A stretch of DNA of 63,530 bases, filler included, from Octopus bimaculoides (GCF_001194135.2; 7 parts of 7 records of this genome joined end to end with filler, not necessarily neighbours in it), one strand, 5' to 3'. Counted from the first letter of the whole stretch, positions 50,983 to 62,489 are shown. Notes: a model not told the origin generated them from the sequence alone. Program-made: numbers and translations.

Positions 50983-51104
50983 GCCCGGATGCAGTACCAG
51001 GCAGTGGCTCTTATGGCTTATTATTATTATTATTATTACTATTACTATTATTATTATTATTATTATATGCCCGGATGCAGTACCAGGCAGTGGCTCTTAT
51101 GGCT
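50981..51104. repeat. Two identical 38-bp units separated by (TAT)n, period 86 bp
   Basis: ATGCCCGGATGCAGTACCAGGCAGTGGCTCTTATGGCT at 50981 and 51067. Confidence 0.9.
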
Positions 51105-52002
51105 TATTATTATTATTATTATTACTATTACTATTATTATNNNNNNNNNNNNNNNNNNNNNNNNNNNNNNNNNNNNNNNNNNNNNNNNNNNNNNNNNNNN
51201 NNNNNNNNNNNNNNNNNNNNNNNNNNNNNNNNNNNNNNNNNNNNNNNNNNNNNNNNNNNNNNNNNNNNNNNNNNNNNNNNNNNNNNNNNNNNNNNNNNNN
51301 NNNNNNNNNNNNNNNNNNNNNNNNNNNNNNNNNNNNNNNNNNNNNNNNNNNNNNNNNNNNNNNNNNNNNNNNNNNNNNNNNNNNNNNNNNNNNNNNNNNN
51401 NNNNNNNNNNNNNNNNNNNNNNNNNNNNNNNNNNNNNNNNNNNNNNNNNNNNNNNNNNNNNNNNNNNNNNNNNNNNNNNNNNNNNNNNNNNNNNNNNNNN
51501 NNNNNNNNNNNNNNNNNNNNNNNNNNNNNNNNNNNNNNNNNNNNNNNNNNNNNNNNNNNNNNNNNNNNNNNNNNNNNNNNNNNNNNNNNNNNNNNNNNNN
51601 NNNNNNNNNNNNNNNNNNNNNNNNNNNNNNNNNNNNNNNNNNNNNNNNNNNNNNNNNNNNNNNNNNNNNNNNNNNNNNNNNNNNNNNNNNNNNNNNNNNN
51701 NNNNNNNNNNNNNNNNNNNNNNNNNNNNNNNNNNNNNNNNNNNNNNNNNNNNNNNNNNNNNNNNNNNNNNNNNNNNNNNNNNNNNNNNNNNNNNNNNNNN
51801 NNNNNNNNNNNNNNNNNNNNNNNNNNNNNNNNNNNNNNNNNNNNNNNNNNNNNNNNNNNNNNNNNNNNNNNNNNNNNNNNNNNNNNNNNNNNNNNNNNNN
51901 NNNNNNNNNNNNNNNNNNNNNNNNNNNNNNNNNNNNNNNNNNNNNNNNNNNNNNNNNNNNNNNNNNNNNNNNNNNNNNNNNNNNNNNNNNNNNNNNNNNN
52001 NN

Positions 52003-52080
<78 letters not shown>

Positions 52081-52264
52081 TGTACATATATATAGATGCA
52101 TATATACTTATATATGTATATGTATGTACGCTTGTGTATGTGTGTGCTTGTCAGTGCGTGTGGACTTACAGGGATATGCATACAGTTGGCAACGGGCTTG
52201 TACACACGTTCACCCAAGTACATGAAGCACTAGGTGTGTATCTTTGTACATGTACATACATAAA

Positions 52265-52310
<46 letters not shown>

Positions 52311-52436
52311 AACACTCACATACACATACACCTACGAACATAGAGAAGAGTGAGTGTTTCTCTGTGTGTGCGGTGTACATTCGTGTGCGTATGTATGCGC
52401 GCATGCGTGTTTTGTGGCTCTATTTATCATACTCTA

Positions 52437-52486
<50 letters not shown>

Positions 52487-52544
52487 ATAAAGTTATCGGT
52501 TCGTTATTTCGGGTGTTAAGTTTAATAGAGGATCATATCGGAAG

Positions 52545-52662
52545 ACATCACAGCCTAATAACAGCTACAGCAATAATAATAATAATAATAGTAATAATAA
52601 TAATAGTAATAATAATGGTAATAATAATAATAACGGTAATAATAATAGTAATAATAATGGTA

Positions 52663-52695
<33 letters not shown>

Positions 52696-53480
52696 GCAGT
52701 AGTACTAGTAGTGATAGTAATAATAATAATAGTAGTAGTAGCAGTATTAGTAGTAGTAGTAGTAATAATAATAATAATAATAATAACAACAACGACGACA
52801 CGAGCACCAATAAGATCAGAAGCAGCATCATCATCATCCGCAATAAACGAAAATAACAACAACAACGACAGGAGGGAGTTACAATAATAACAAAATCAAT
52901 TGCATTCGCATCAGCTTCGACATCAACAGCATTTACAACGAATATGGCCGCTGCACATTGGGAATGACAAAAACACAATCATACTAGCAACGACAAAGCA
53001 ATCGTATCGGCAACAATAACAACTACAATAACAAGATGATTTGCAACAACATCCGTATGCACAACAACAACAGCAACAGCAGTAGTAATATCAATAACAT
53101 TTGCAGCAGCAGTAACAACAACTGTGAACACAATTGCTGCTAAAGCAACAATAACGTTTACAAAAAAAACTGTGATATTATAAATAATCATAAGATTGTA
53201 AGCAAAAATAAACAACAACAATAACACCGACAGCAAGAACAACAACAACAACTACATAAGCAATAATCGTAGCACTAACTGCAGAAACAAAGGGCAGTAG
53301 CAGCCACAACGACAACAAGAACTATGAACGATAGCTGCAATGCTAGACACATCAGCAACACCGAAGTCACATACATCACCAGCTACAGCCCGAAAAAGAA
53401 AAAAATGTACTAATAATAATAATAATAATAATAATAATAGGGACAAGAATAAGGGCAACAATAACAGCAAAAAAAAGGGG
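52545..53480. repeat. Long degenerate trinucleotide tract (AAT/AGT/AAC/AGC)
   Basis: Period-3 A-rich low complexity; yields poly-I/L/T pseudo-ORFs. Confidence 0.85.
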
Positions 53481-53646
53481 GGGAAACAAAAGTATTTAAG
53501 CTGCCCAGGCAAATACATATTAATGTCTGTTATACACGATAGAGGATTTCAAATAATAAAGTTAATCGAGTAATATTTATCAGCAGCATGTGTGAGTATA
53601 TGTGTGTGTGTGTGTGTGCGCGCGTATGTATGTATGTATATATGTG

Positions 53647-53703
<57 letters not shown>

Positions 53704-53884
53704 TATGTGCAGTTTCCCGAGCCGCTTGTGCTAAATCCACAGGTTACATTTTCACAGCGAGTGTAGTACGTATACGTTTATTAATTCTGTTATAAATGAT
53801 TTCCGCGTACACAGTTGTTTATAATCAGTGTCGGTCTTCTTGTTATAAAATCATGGCCGCCAACCAACACTCACGCATAAATAC

Positions 53885-53916
<32 letters not shown>

Positions 53917-54759
53917 CGATTGCTACTTATCGAATACTTAATTATCTCGATACACCAGTTTACATCGCTATACATAGACATATGTCAGACACTGTGATAC
54001 ATACAGATGTGAACATATGAAACCATTAAAGACAGATCTAGCTAGTAACATACAGTTAACAAAAGAACTGCACACAAAACTTTCCGTTAATGTACAAAGC
54101 ACAGACTAGCAGTTAAAATCACTACGACCATATTCAAAAAAGCAAAGCAAAAAATATCTTTAAGAAAACCACCGTCACACAACAAAAGAACACTAGCCCA
54201 TAATATATAGCTGACCAACAACAAAAATATGTCAGACTTCTTTAACTTGAAGCCAAATTTTTTTAACTAGATTAAATATATTCAATACAGTGGAGTTTAA
54301 CACCACGAAATCATATTTTACGTTTAAAGATCACACAACAAATTTCTGAAGCAAGCCATCCGCAAATGTCATGTACCTCACATAATGTCAAATAGTTTTC
54401 AGGCAATATCACCTCACATATATATTCATGCTTCTACCTTACAACTGGGAAAGGGTAATAAAATTCTCTACACATTCCACAACCTCTATACACAAAGCAG
54501 AATGAAATTCTACCGCAAACCAAACACACCTATACTCAAAGCAGAATTAAATTTCGCCACAGACCATATCCATCTGCAAATCTGAAATCAAAATAATCAC
54601 GCATTTTTGAAAGTCGATATTTTATGTTAACAAGTTTTGCAGTTGAAGAATTATGGCAATTTTTCCTTTGGTGACATTTTGTGAGCAAGAGATTCAGATA
54701 TAGGAATTAACCTGCATCTCCATATTATACCTAATAAAAATTAGATTCATTTTCTCGAA

Positions 54760-55190
54760 ATGCAATTTGTCCCGTAACGATGGCTTCCTCTGGTTACACA
54801 ACAAAATGCCTGATTCAGGAATGATTTGTCAAAGGCTTCGTCATAAAATATCGTAAGCGTGGCTGTGCGGTAAAAAGAATTGCCCCTCGTTCACTAGACC
54901 TTTCTCCCCATGACTTGTTTTTCTGAGGTATGTTGAAAGAGAAAGTTTACTCAATAAAGATGACAGATTTAAACCACATGAGAGAACGCATTACCAGTCA
55001 GTGTGCTGAAATTGATGGCAATGTAGACTTATATAATCGAGTTCACCTGAATTTTGCAAGGCGAACCAAGTTATGCATTGAAAATGATGGAAATCATTTT
55101 GAAAATATTATTTATTAACATTATAATTAAAAACTTTTGTTTTAAAAGTATGTGTTAATCCCCATGTACCCAGACTTTGTGGACACCCTG
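54760..55190 (+). mobile_element. Tc1/mariner (DD41D-like) transposase C-terminus and 3' TIR
   Basis: PRSLDLSPHDLFF*GMLKEKVY...RERI...KLCIENDGNHFE; ends ACTTTGTGGACACCCTG (reverse complement CAGGGTGTCC). Confidence 0.75.
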
Positions 55191-55214
55191 CATAAATATA
55201 TATAAAATTATAAG

Positions 55215-55420
55215 ACGAGCAGGCAGAAACTCTAGCACGCCGGGTGAAATGCTTAGCGATAATTCATCTCTCTTTACATTCTGAGTTCAAATTTCGCCGA
55301 GGCTGACTTTGCCTTTCATCCTTTCGGGGTCGATAAATTAAGTACCAGTTGCGTACAGGGATCGATCTAATCGACTGTAACCCTCCCCCAAAATTTCGGG
55401 CCTTGTGCCTAGAGGAGAAA
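55215..55420 (+). mobile_element. SINE family C, full length
   Basis: Head GGCAGAAACTCTAGCACGCCGGG, B-box GAGTTCAAATT, core GCCTTTCATCCTTTCGGGGTCGATAAATTAAGTACCAG, tail GGCCTTGTGCCTAGAG. Confidence 0.9.
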
Positions 55421-55830
55421 AAGATATATATATATATTTATACTTACTTGATTTACTTGTTTCAGTCACTAGACTACGGCCATGCTGGGGCATCGCCTTG
55501 AAATATGTAGATACATATATGTATGTATGTATGCATGCATGTAAGTGTGTAAGAATATAAATATGAAAGCGGTGAGCAGGCAGTGTCATTAGCATGCCGG
55601 ACTAAATACTTAGCGGCATTTTTTCCGTCATTACGTTCTGTGTGCCAATGCCGTTTATCCTTTTGGGTTCGATAAAATACATACCTATTGATCACAGGGT
55701 TCGATCTAATTAATTTAATTAGCCCCCGAAATTGGTAGCCTTCTGCCAAAATATGAAGCCATCATGTACATTTGAATGTGTGTGTGTGTGTGTGTGTATG
55801 TGTGTGTGCATGTGTATGTATGTGTGTATG

Positions 55831-55881
<51 letters not shown>

Positions 55882-56170
55882 AAGTACTGGGGGTCAATTC
55901 GTTTGATTAAAAAACAACATCGCCGCAGTCCTATGACTTAAGATAAAATACATGTGTATGTGAGAGCGTGAGTGTATATTTGCATGCATGTATGTTCATA
56001 TGTATGTATAACTGAATATATTTATGATATATATATATATATATATTTATGTGTGTATGTATGTATCTTTNNNNNNNNNNNNNNNNNNNNNNNNNNNNNN
56101 NNNNNNNNNNNNNNTTAATTAATTAANNNNNNNNNNNNNNNNNNNNNNNNNNNNNNNNNNNNNNNNNNNN

Positions 56171-56345
56171 AAAAGCACCCACTACACTCTCTGAGTGGTT
56201 GGCGTTAGGAAGGGCATCCAGCTGTAGAAACTCTGCCAAATCAGACTGGAGCCTGGTGTTGCCATCCGGTTTCACCAGTCCTCAGTCAAATCGTCCAACC
56301 CATGCTAGCATGGAAAGCGGACGTTAAACGATGATGATGATGATG
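56171..56345 (+). mobile_element. SINE family G, 3' part with (GAT)n tail
   Basis: GAGTGGTTGGCGTTAGGAAGGGCATCCAGC...GGACGTTAAACGATGATG; near-identical to the reverse complement of 63295-63470. Confidence 0.9.
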
Positions 56346-56590
56346 ATGATATATATATATACATACATACATACATACATACATACACACACACATTTAG
56401 TTCATACTTGCTAAGTAGTGGCACTTGTTGAAATGTTGCGCTTGTTGGGCTTTTAATTGTTGAGTGAGAGTGTAACCATGCCAGAAAATATTCTAGTCTT
56501 AATATTTTGTATTTCACAAATAAATTTAAAAACCAAAACGAAACAGAGGGAAAAAAGAAACAAAAAAAACAAAAAACAAAAAACACCTAC

Positions 56591-56756
56591 TTTCCATTAC
56601 TTTTGAATCTGCCTTAGAGGAGTTTCTTAGACATAACGTCGACTCATCTATGCTGAATGATGTGGTCTTCCCCTGCCAGGTAAACTGTTGAAGGTGCTCT
56701 TGGGAGACTGATGGCTGCAACATCTTTCTTCAGAAATCTTCTATGTTTCCCAAAAG
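56591..56756 (-). CDS. Candidate host exon
   Basis: Acceptor TTTTTTGTTGTTTCAG before 56756; either ATG at 56723 (MLQPSVSQEHLQQFTWQGKTTSFSIDESTLCLRNSSKADSKVME) to donor GTAGGT after 56591, or terminal frame FGKHRRFLKKDVAAISLPRAPSTVYLAGEDHIIQHR*. Confidence 0.35.
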
Positions 56757-57384
56757 CTGAAACAACAAAAAACATTGATTTCTTACACAGCCGTATGGAC
56801 AACAAGTTCAGCNNNNNNNNNNNNNNNNNNNNNNNNNNNNNNNNNNNNNNNNNNNNNNNNNNNNNNNNNNNNNNNNNNNNNNNNNNNNNNNNNNNNNNNN
56901 NNNNNNNNNNNNNNNNNNNNNNNNNNNNNNNNNNNNNNNNNNNNNNNNNNNNNNNNNNNNNNNNNNNNNNNNNNNNNNNNNNNNNNNNNNNNNNNNNNNN
57001 NNNNNNNNNNNNNNNNNNNNNNNNNNNNNNNNNNNNNNNNNNNNNNNNNNNNNNNNNNNNNNNNNNNNNNNNNNNNNNNNNNNNNNNNNNNNNNNNNNNN
57101 NNNNNNNNNNNNNNNNNNNNNNNNNNNNNNNNNNNNNNNNNNNNNNNNNNNNNNNNNNNNNNNNNNNNNNNNNNNNNNNNNNNNNNNNNNNNNNNNNNNN
57201 NNNNNNNNNNNNNNNNNNNNNNNNNNNNNNNNNNNNNNNNNNNNNNNNNNNNNNNNNNNNNNNNNNNNNNNNNNNNNNNNNNNNNNNNNNNNNNNNNNNN
57301 NNNNNNNNNNNNNNNNNNNNNNNNNNNNNNNNNNNNNNNNNNNNNNNNNNNNNNNNNNNNNNNNNNNNNNNNNNNNNNNNNNNC

Positions 57385-57724
57385 CATCAACTCCAGTGTA
57401 CTTACTTTATCAGTCCCAAAAGTATAAAAGGCAAAGTCAGCCTTGACGGAATTTGAACTCAGAACATAAAGACAGACGAAATACCACTAAGTATTTCGCC
57501 TGGTGTGCTAACGTTTCTTATTTCTTTATTGCCCGCAAGGGGCTAAACATAGAGGGGACAAACAAGGACAGACAAAGGGATTAAGTCGATTACATTGACC
57601 CCAGAGCGTAACTGGTACTTATTTAATCGACCTCGTCAGAATTTGAACTCAGAACGTAATGGCAGATAAAATACCGCTAAGCATTTCACCCGGCGTGCTA
57701 ACGTTTCTGCCAGCTCACCACCTT
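57385..57724 (-). mobile_element. Family C2 SINE joined to a family C copy at the head
   Basis: GTGCTAACGTTTCT at 57505 and 57695; the C2 tail abuts the first copy. Confidence 0.85.
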
Positions 57725-57859
57725 AATATAAGCACATTAACAATTATAAACATATATACATATATATAAGATATCTTCTGTCTATCTTACAATACACATT
57801 TCAGTGCTTATAGAAAGCAAATGTTAGTTTGCTTATATTTATATGCACATGGTTATACA

Positions 57860-58594
57860 TATATATATCGTACATTGTGGGCCTGGAAGCAATCAAACAC
57901 TGGGTAGAAAAACAGAGGACAGATAAATGAATGCTTCAAAATGGCCTTCATTACCAAGGCCATATGTCTGGTACTAGAAGAAAACACCTTCAGATTTGAT
58001 AAGATATATTGACAGATAAAGGACACAGCTATGGGGATGAAGTTTGCACCCTTATATGCTAACCTAGTCATAGGGTTCTAAGAAGAAAAGCTTTACGAGG
58101 AAGTAGAGAAAACTTTCAATAATTGCAAGAAATAATCATCGAAAAGTGGAAATGCTTCCTCAATGACTGCTTCATTTTTTGGAACAGATCAAATGAAGGT
58201 TTACATATATTTAATAACATGCTCAACACAGAGAAACCAGTTGTAATGAATTAACATTCCTGGATATTCACATAAAAACACATGGCTTCACAGTCACAAC
58301 AGACATATTTTACAAAAAATAGATATGCACCAATATTTGAATTTCTGCGGCTGCCATCCTTTATACTTTAAAAGGAACATCCCATTCAGTATTGCAAGAT
58401 GTATCTGTATTATAGTAATTGACCCTAATATATGTCAAATCCGACTTAATGCGCTCAAAGGCTTCCTAAAAAAAAACAGAATCCATCATCATGACCCCTT
58501 AAAATTAATAAATGATGGAATTATAAAGGCAATGAAGCTGAATATCACACAACTGAGAACACCAGAGAAAAACCCTAACCCCTTCATTACCAAC
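57860..58594 (+). mobile_element. Decayed Penelope-like element RT (possibly Neptune-like)
   Basis: LEAIKHW, LVLEENTFRFDKIY*QIKDTAMGMKFAPLYANL, KWKCFLNDCFIFW, FLDI, HQYLNFCGCHP...NIPFSIAR: PLE RT motifs with stops and frameshifts. Confidence 0.9.
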
Positions 58595-58684
58595 CCGGCG
58601 AAGAATAAGTCCTGGGGTCGATTTGCTCGACTAAAGGCAGTGCTCCAGCATGGCCGCAGTCAAATGACTGAAACAAATAAAAGA
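58595..58684 (+). mobile_element. SINE family AB tail fragment at the junction of the two PLEs
   Basis: AAGAATAAGTCCTGGGGTCGATTTGCTCGACTAAAGG...GAAACAAATAAAAGAG. Confidence 0.9.
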
Positions 58685-58689
58685 GGAAA

Positions 58690-59770
58690 GAGAAACTGTT
58701 GTCTCGGTATAGACCTACGACATGAGATGGGCACTTGGATCTCAATGTGTTTAATACAAATAAACCTACAAGGTCGCACATGTCAGGACTATCGTACGAC
58801 ATCAAATGATTCATCATTTTGTGACTTTTTCACCCATGCTAATCCTTTACTAAACAGTAGTGTTTTCCTTGCATACCTGATAAAATCTAGGTCTTCTTCT
58901 TTCTTTCTCGCCTTTAACCCTCCTATGCGGAGTATAGGCCACTTATAATTGAATCCCATATCGCATAATTTTTCGCTTCTGTACTTATACTCTGCCATGA
59001 ATGTCCCTCTTTCGATAGTTCCTTTTGTGTTGATCTACGCCAGGAGTTCTTAGGCCTACCCCTCTTTCTATATCCATCTGGATTCCACTGTAAAGTACTT
59101 TATGCTGCATTTGGTGTATCCTTTCTAATTGTGCTACCAATCCACTTCCACTTTTTCTTAAATATTTGCTCCCTAATCGAAACTTTATTCGTTCTTTGCC
59201 ATAGCTCCATATTGCTTATGTATTCGGGCCATCTGATTTTAAGTATACTACGCAAGCACCTGTTGATGAATGATTGTATTTGCTTATTTGACTTAACTGT
59301 TGTTCGCCATGTCTCAGCCCCATACAATAACACCGCTTTTACGTTAGGTCTACAGGGTCAATATCAACATATGATTTAGAAAACTCAATGGCTTTATCAA
59401 GCAGCAATCTAGAAATAGAGGAATAAAAATTTGTCAAACCGGATGAATTTAGCCTTATTCTTATTCTTAAACCAATCTGTTGCAGTAAAACTGTTATCCC
59501 ATTGTTGAAGACCAGTTATTTCTCTAAATTTATTACTAATGTTTGTTAGTATTTCTTTAGCTACTAGTCCAATTTCAGATCTCGCTGGGTTTAACACACT
59601 AGAAGTAGGTTTATCATGAAAATTAGGTTTATAGTCTTTTAAAGTAATAAAAACTTCTCTCTTAGCTAAGCATTTTAATCTATTGTCAATATTAGCAAGG
59701 AATTTAGCCTCATCGTTAATATCATTGTATTATTTGTACATAAGCTTTTTAATATCTAGCAGAAATGGTG
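58690..59770 (-). mobile_element. Decayed second PLE RT of the GLYRDD type, interrupted by an RTE
   Basis: VFITLKDYKPNF, LNPARSEIG, QQW, FIRFD, FYSSIS..LLDKAIEF, YARKTLLF...WVKK...FDV, YDSPDMCDLVG, GLYRDN. Confidence 0.85.
58895..59344 (-). mobile_element. 5'-truncated RTE LINE with (AGA)n tail and 7-bp TSD
   Basis: LLYGAETWRTT...FINRCLRSILKIRWP..ISN.ELWQRT...KWKWIG; TSD TAGGTCT at 58888-58894 and 59345-59351. Confidence 0.9.
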
Positions 59771-59787
59771 TGTTTTAGTAACTTGTG

Positions 59788-60163
59788 TGTTGGCACTCCG
59801 TAGCTTATGACGTCGAAGTTTCCAGTTGATCCGATCAACGGAACAGCCTGCTCGTGAAATTAATGTGCAAGTGGCTGAGCATTCCACAGACATGTGTACC
59901 CTTAACGTAGTTCTCGGGGATATTCAGCATGACACAGTGTGACAAAGCTGACCCTTTGAATTACAGGTACAACAGAAACAGGAAGAAAGAACGAAAGTTG
60001 TGGTGGAAGAGTACAGCAGGGTTCGCCACCATCCCTGCCGGAGCCTCGTGGAGCTTTTAGGTGTTTTCGCTCAATAAACACTCACAACGCCCGGTCTGGG
60101 AATCGAAACCGTGATCCTATGACTGCGAGTCCGCTGCCCTAACCACTGGGCCATTGCGCCTCC
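59788..60163 (-). mobile_element. tRNA-derived SINE family F, about 375 bp
   Basis: Reverse-complement head GGAGGCGCAATGGCCCAGTGGTTAGGGCAGCGGACTCGCAGTC...GGTTTCGATTCCC with A and B boxes; long body, no CCA end. Confidence 0.8.
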
Positions 60164-60200
<37 letters not shown>

Positions 60201-60300
60201 NNNNNNNNNNNNNNNNNNNNNNNNNNNNNNNNNNNNNNNNNNNNTTAATTAATTAANNNNNNNNNNNNNNNNNNNNNNNNNNNNNNNNNNNNNNNNNNNN

Positions 60301-60789
60301 TGGAATGGAGTGAGAGCGCTGTAGTTTTGGTACACCTCGTGATCTAGCAAATTCCAGTGAATCTCGTAATTTACTATATTGCCGTGAACGTGAACGGCCT
60401 TGCTTGGATGTATATGGCTCTACATTAATGTGATAGTCTGATACATATTGTGGAGGCCGTCTGTCACCACTCACTGCAGATACGTTTACGGGAGATGGTA
60501 TTACATCGTGGTAATAGTCTGATACATATCGTGGACTATGTGGTGGTTCAAGTGGCTCTATATTCATGTGATAGTCTGATACATATCGTGGACTATGTGG
60601 TTGTGGAATGGAGTGAGAGCGCTGTAGTTTTGGTTGTGTGGTGAAGTGAGGGTGCTGTCGTTTTAGCACCCCTAGTAATCTAGGAAGTGCCCGTGCATCT
60701 CGTAATTTACGAAATTGCCGTGAACCTGAACGGCGTTGCTGGGATATATGTGGCTCTACATTAATGTGATAGTCTGATACATATCTTGT
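60301..60789 (-). CDS. Probable coding exon segment: repeat protein with four YVSDY(H/Y) motifs
   Basis: 163 stop-free codons between two gaps; repeat spacings of 57, 81, 303 and 336 nt are all multiples of 3. Confidence 0.65.
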
Positions 60790-61660
60790 NNNNNNNNNNN
60801 NNNNNNNNNNNNNNNNNNNNNNNNNNNNNNNNNNNNNNNNNNNNNNNNNNNNNNNNNNNNNNNNNNNNNNNNNNNNNNNNNNNNNNNNNNNNNNNNNNNN
60901 NNNNNNNNNNNNNNNNNNNNNNNNNNNNNNNNNNNNNNNNNNNNNNNNNNNNNNNNNNNNNNNNNNNNNNNNNNNNNNNNNNNNNNNNNNNNNNNNNNNN
61001 NNNNNNNNNNNNNNNNNNNNNNNNNNNNNNNNNNNNNNNNNNNNNNNNNNNNNNNNNNNNNNNNNNNNNNNNNNNNNNNNNNNNNNNNNNNNNNNNNNNN
61101 NNNNNNNNNNNNNNNNNNNNNNNNNNNNNNNNNNNNNNNNNNNNNNNNNNNNNNNNNNNNNNNNNNNNNNNNNNNNNNNNNNNNNNNNNNNNNNNNNNNN
61201 NNNNNNNNNNNNNNNNNNNNNNNNNNNNNNNNNNNNNNNNNNNNNNNNNNNNNNNNNNNNNNNNNNNNNNNNNNNNNNNNNNNNNNNNNNNNNNNNNNNN
61301 NNNNNNNNNNNNNNNNNNNNNNNNNNNNNNNNNNNNNNNNNNNNNNNNNNNNNNNNNNNNNNNNNNNNNNNNNNNNNNNNNNNNNNNNNNNNNNNNNNNN
61401 NNNNNNNNNNNNNNNNNNNNNNNNNNNNNNNNNNNNNNNNNNNNNNNNNNNNNNNNNNNNNNNNNNNNNNNNNNNNNNNNNNNNNNNNNNNNNNNNNNNN
61501 NNNNNNNNNNNNNNNNNNNNNNNNNNNNNNNNNNNNNNNNNNNNNNNNNNNNNNNNNNNNNNNNNNNNNNNNNNNNNNNNNNNNNNNNNNNNNNNNNNNN
61601 NNNNNNNNNNNNNNNNNNNNNNNNNNNNNNNNNNNNNNNNNNNNNNNNNNNNNNNNNNNT

Positions 61661-62003
61661 CACATAAACATCTCTTAGTTTTCTCGTTTTTTGAATAGTC
61701 ACGTTTTGCTGTTTCATCAACATCGTTTAACTGGTCATTGTTTTGACCTTCCTTAACATCTATTTGAATCATTTCCATCACATCACCAATATGATTCCCA
61801 GTATTATTTTCACGATCGTCGTCTTGAGAATCAATATGTCCTGTATTTTCTTCTGTAAAATCCTCGCATTCATTCAGTCCTGTAGATTTGTGTAATCCCC
61901 CATTTAGAACATCTGGATATTGTGAATGGTCTGCCATTTTCACAGTTTCGGAACAGAGGTTCTCATAACACTTCGAAAAAACATCACTCTCTGTGGTAGC
62001 CAT
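61661..62003 (-). CDS. Probable 5' part of the same large exon (acidic N-terminus)
   Basis: CCAG|A-ATG-G context at 62003; about 114 stop-free codons MATTESDVFSKCYENLCSETVKM...DSQDDDRENN...KRCLC running into a gap. Confidence 0.55.
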
Positions 62004-62489
62004 TCTGGTCAATTTAATTGACTCTCAATGAAGAGAAATGAAACTAAATGATTTAATCATGATTTAATTTCAACTATGACGTCATCAATGATTGTGACAT
62101 TCATTTTGGCATCGTGTAGTCGTCGTAGTAGTCGTAGGAACAGGAGCAGCAGTACTAGTAGTAGTAGGATGGTGGTGTACTTACGTCCCCGTAANNNNNN
62201 NNNNNNNNNNNNNNNNNNNNNNNNNNNNNNNNNNNNNNTTAATTAATTAANNNNNNNNNNNNNNNNNNNNNNNNNNNNNNNNNNNNNNNNNNNNTAACAT
62301 GCGTTTTCTCCAATCCTTAAATTCTTAAATATACTCAAATACCCAAAATTTCAAGGAGTTCCTGCCTTAAAAACCACAGTTATTTTGTGTTCTTTGCTAC
62401 ATTGGTTTCTATTAACCCATTTATTCTATCAGAAGAATTTTTATTCATTAAGATAGAAGAAATACACATAATTATATATATGTGTGTGT

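Noticed and set aside
4806-51140. Repeat-spacer-like alternation (AAT tracts with unique inserts; 38-bp unit at 51 kb) as a CRISPR array
   Set aside because: Eukaryotic context, no constant 25-45 bp repeat with unique spacers and no cas genes.
29445-60163. tRNA-like sequences (29445-29550, 30486-30560, 49236-49310, 60090-60163) as tRNA genes
   Set aside because: No complete cloverleaf or acceptor stem; each continues into a repeated SINE body.
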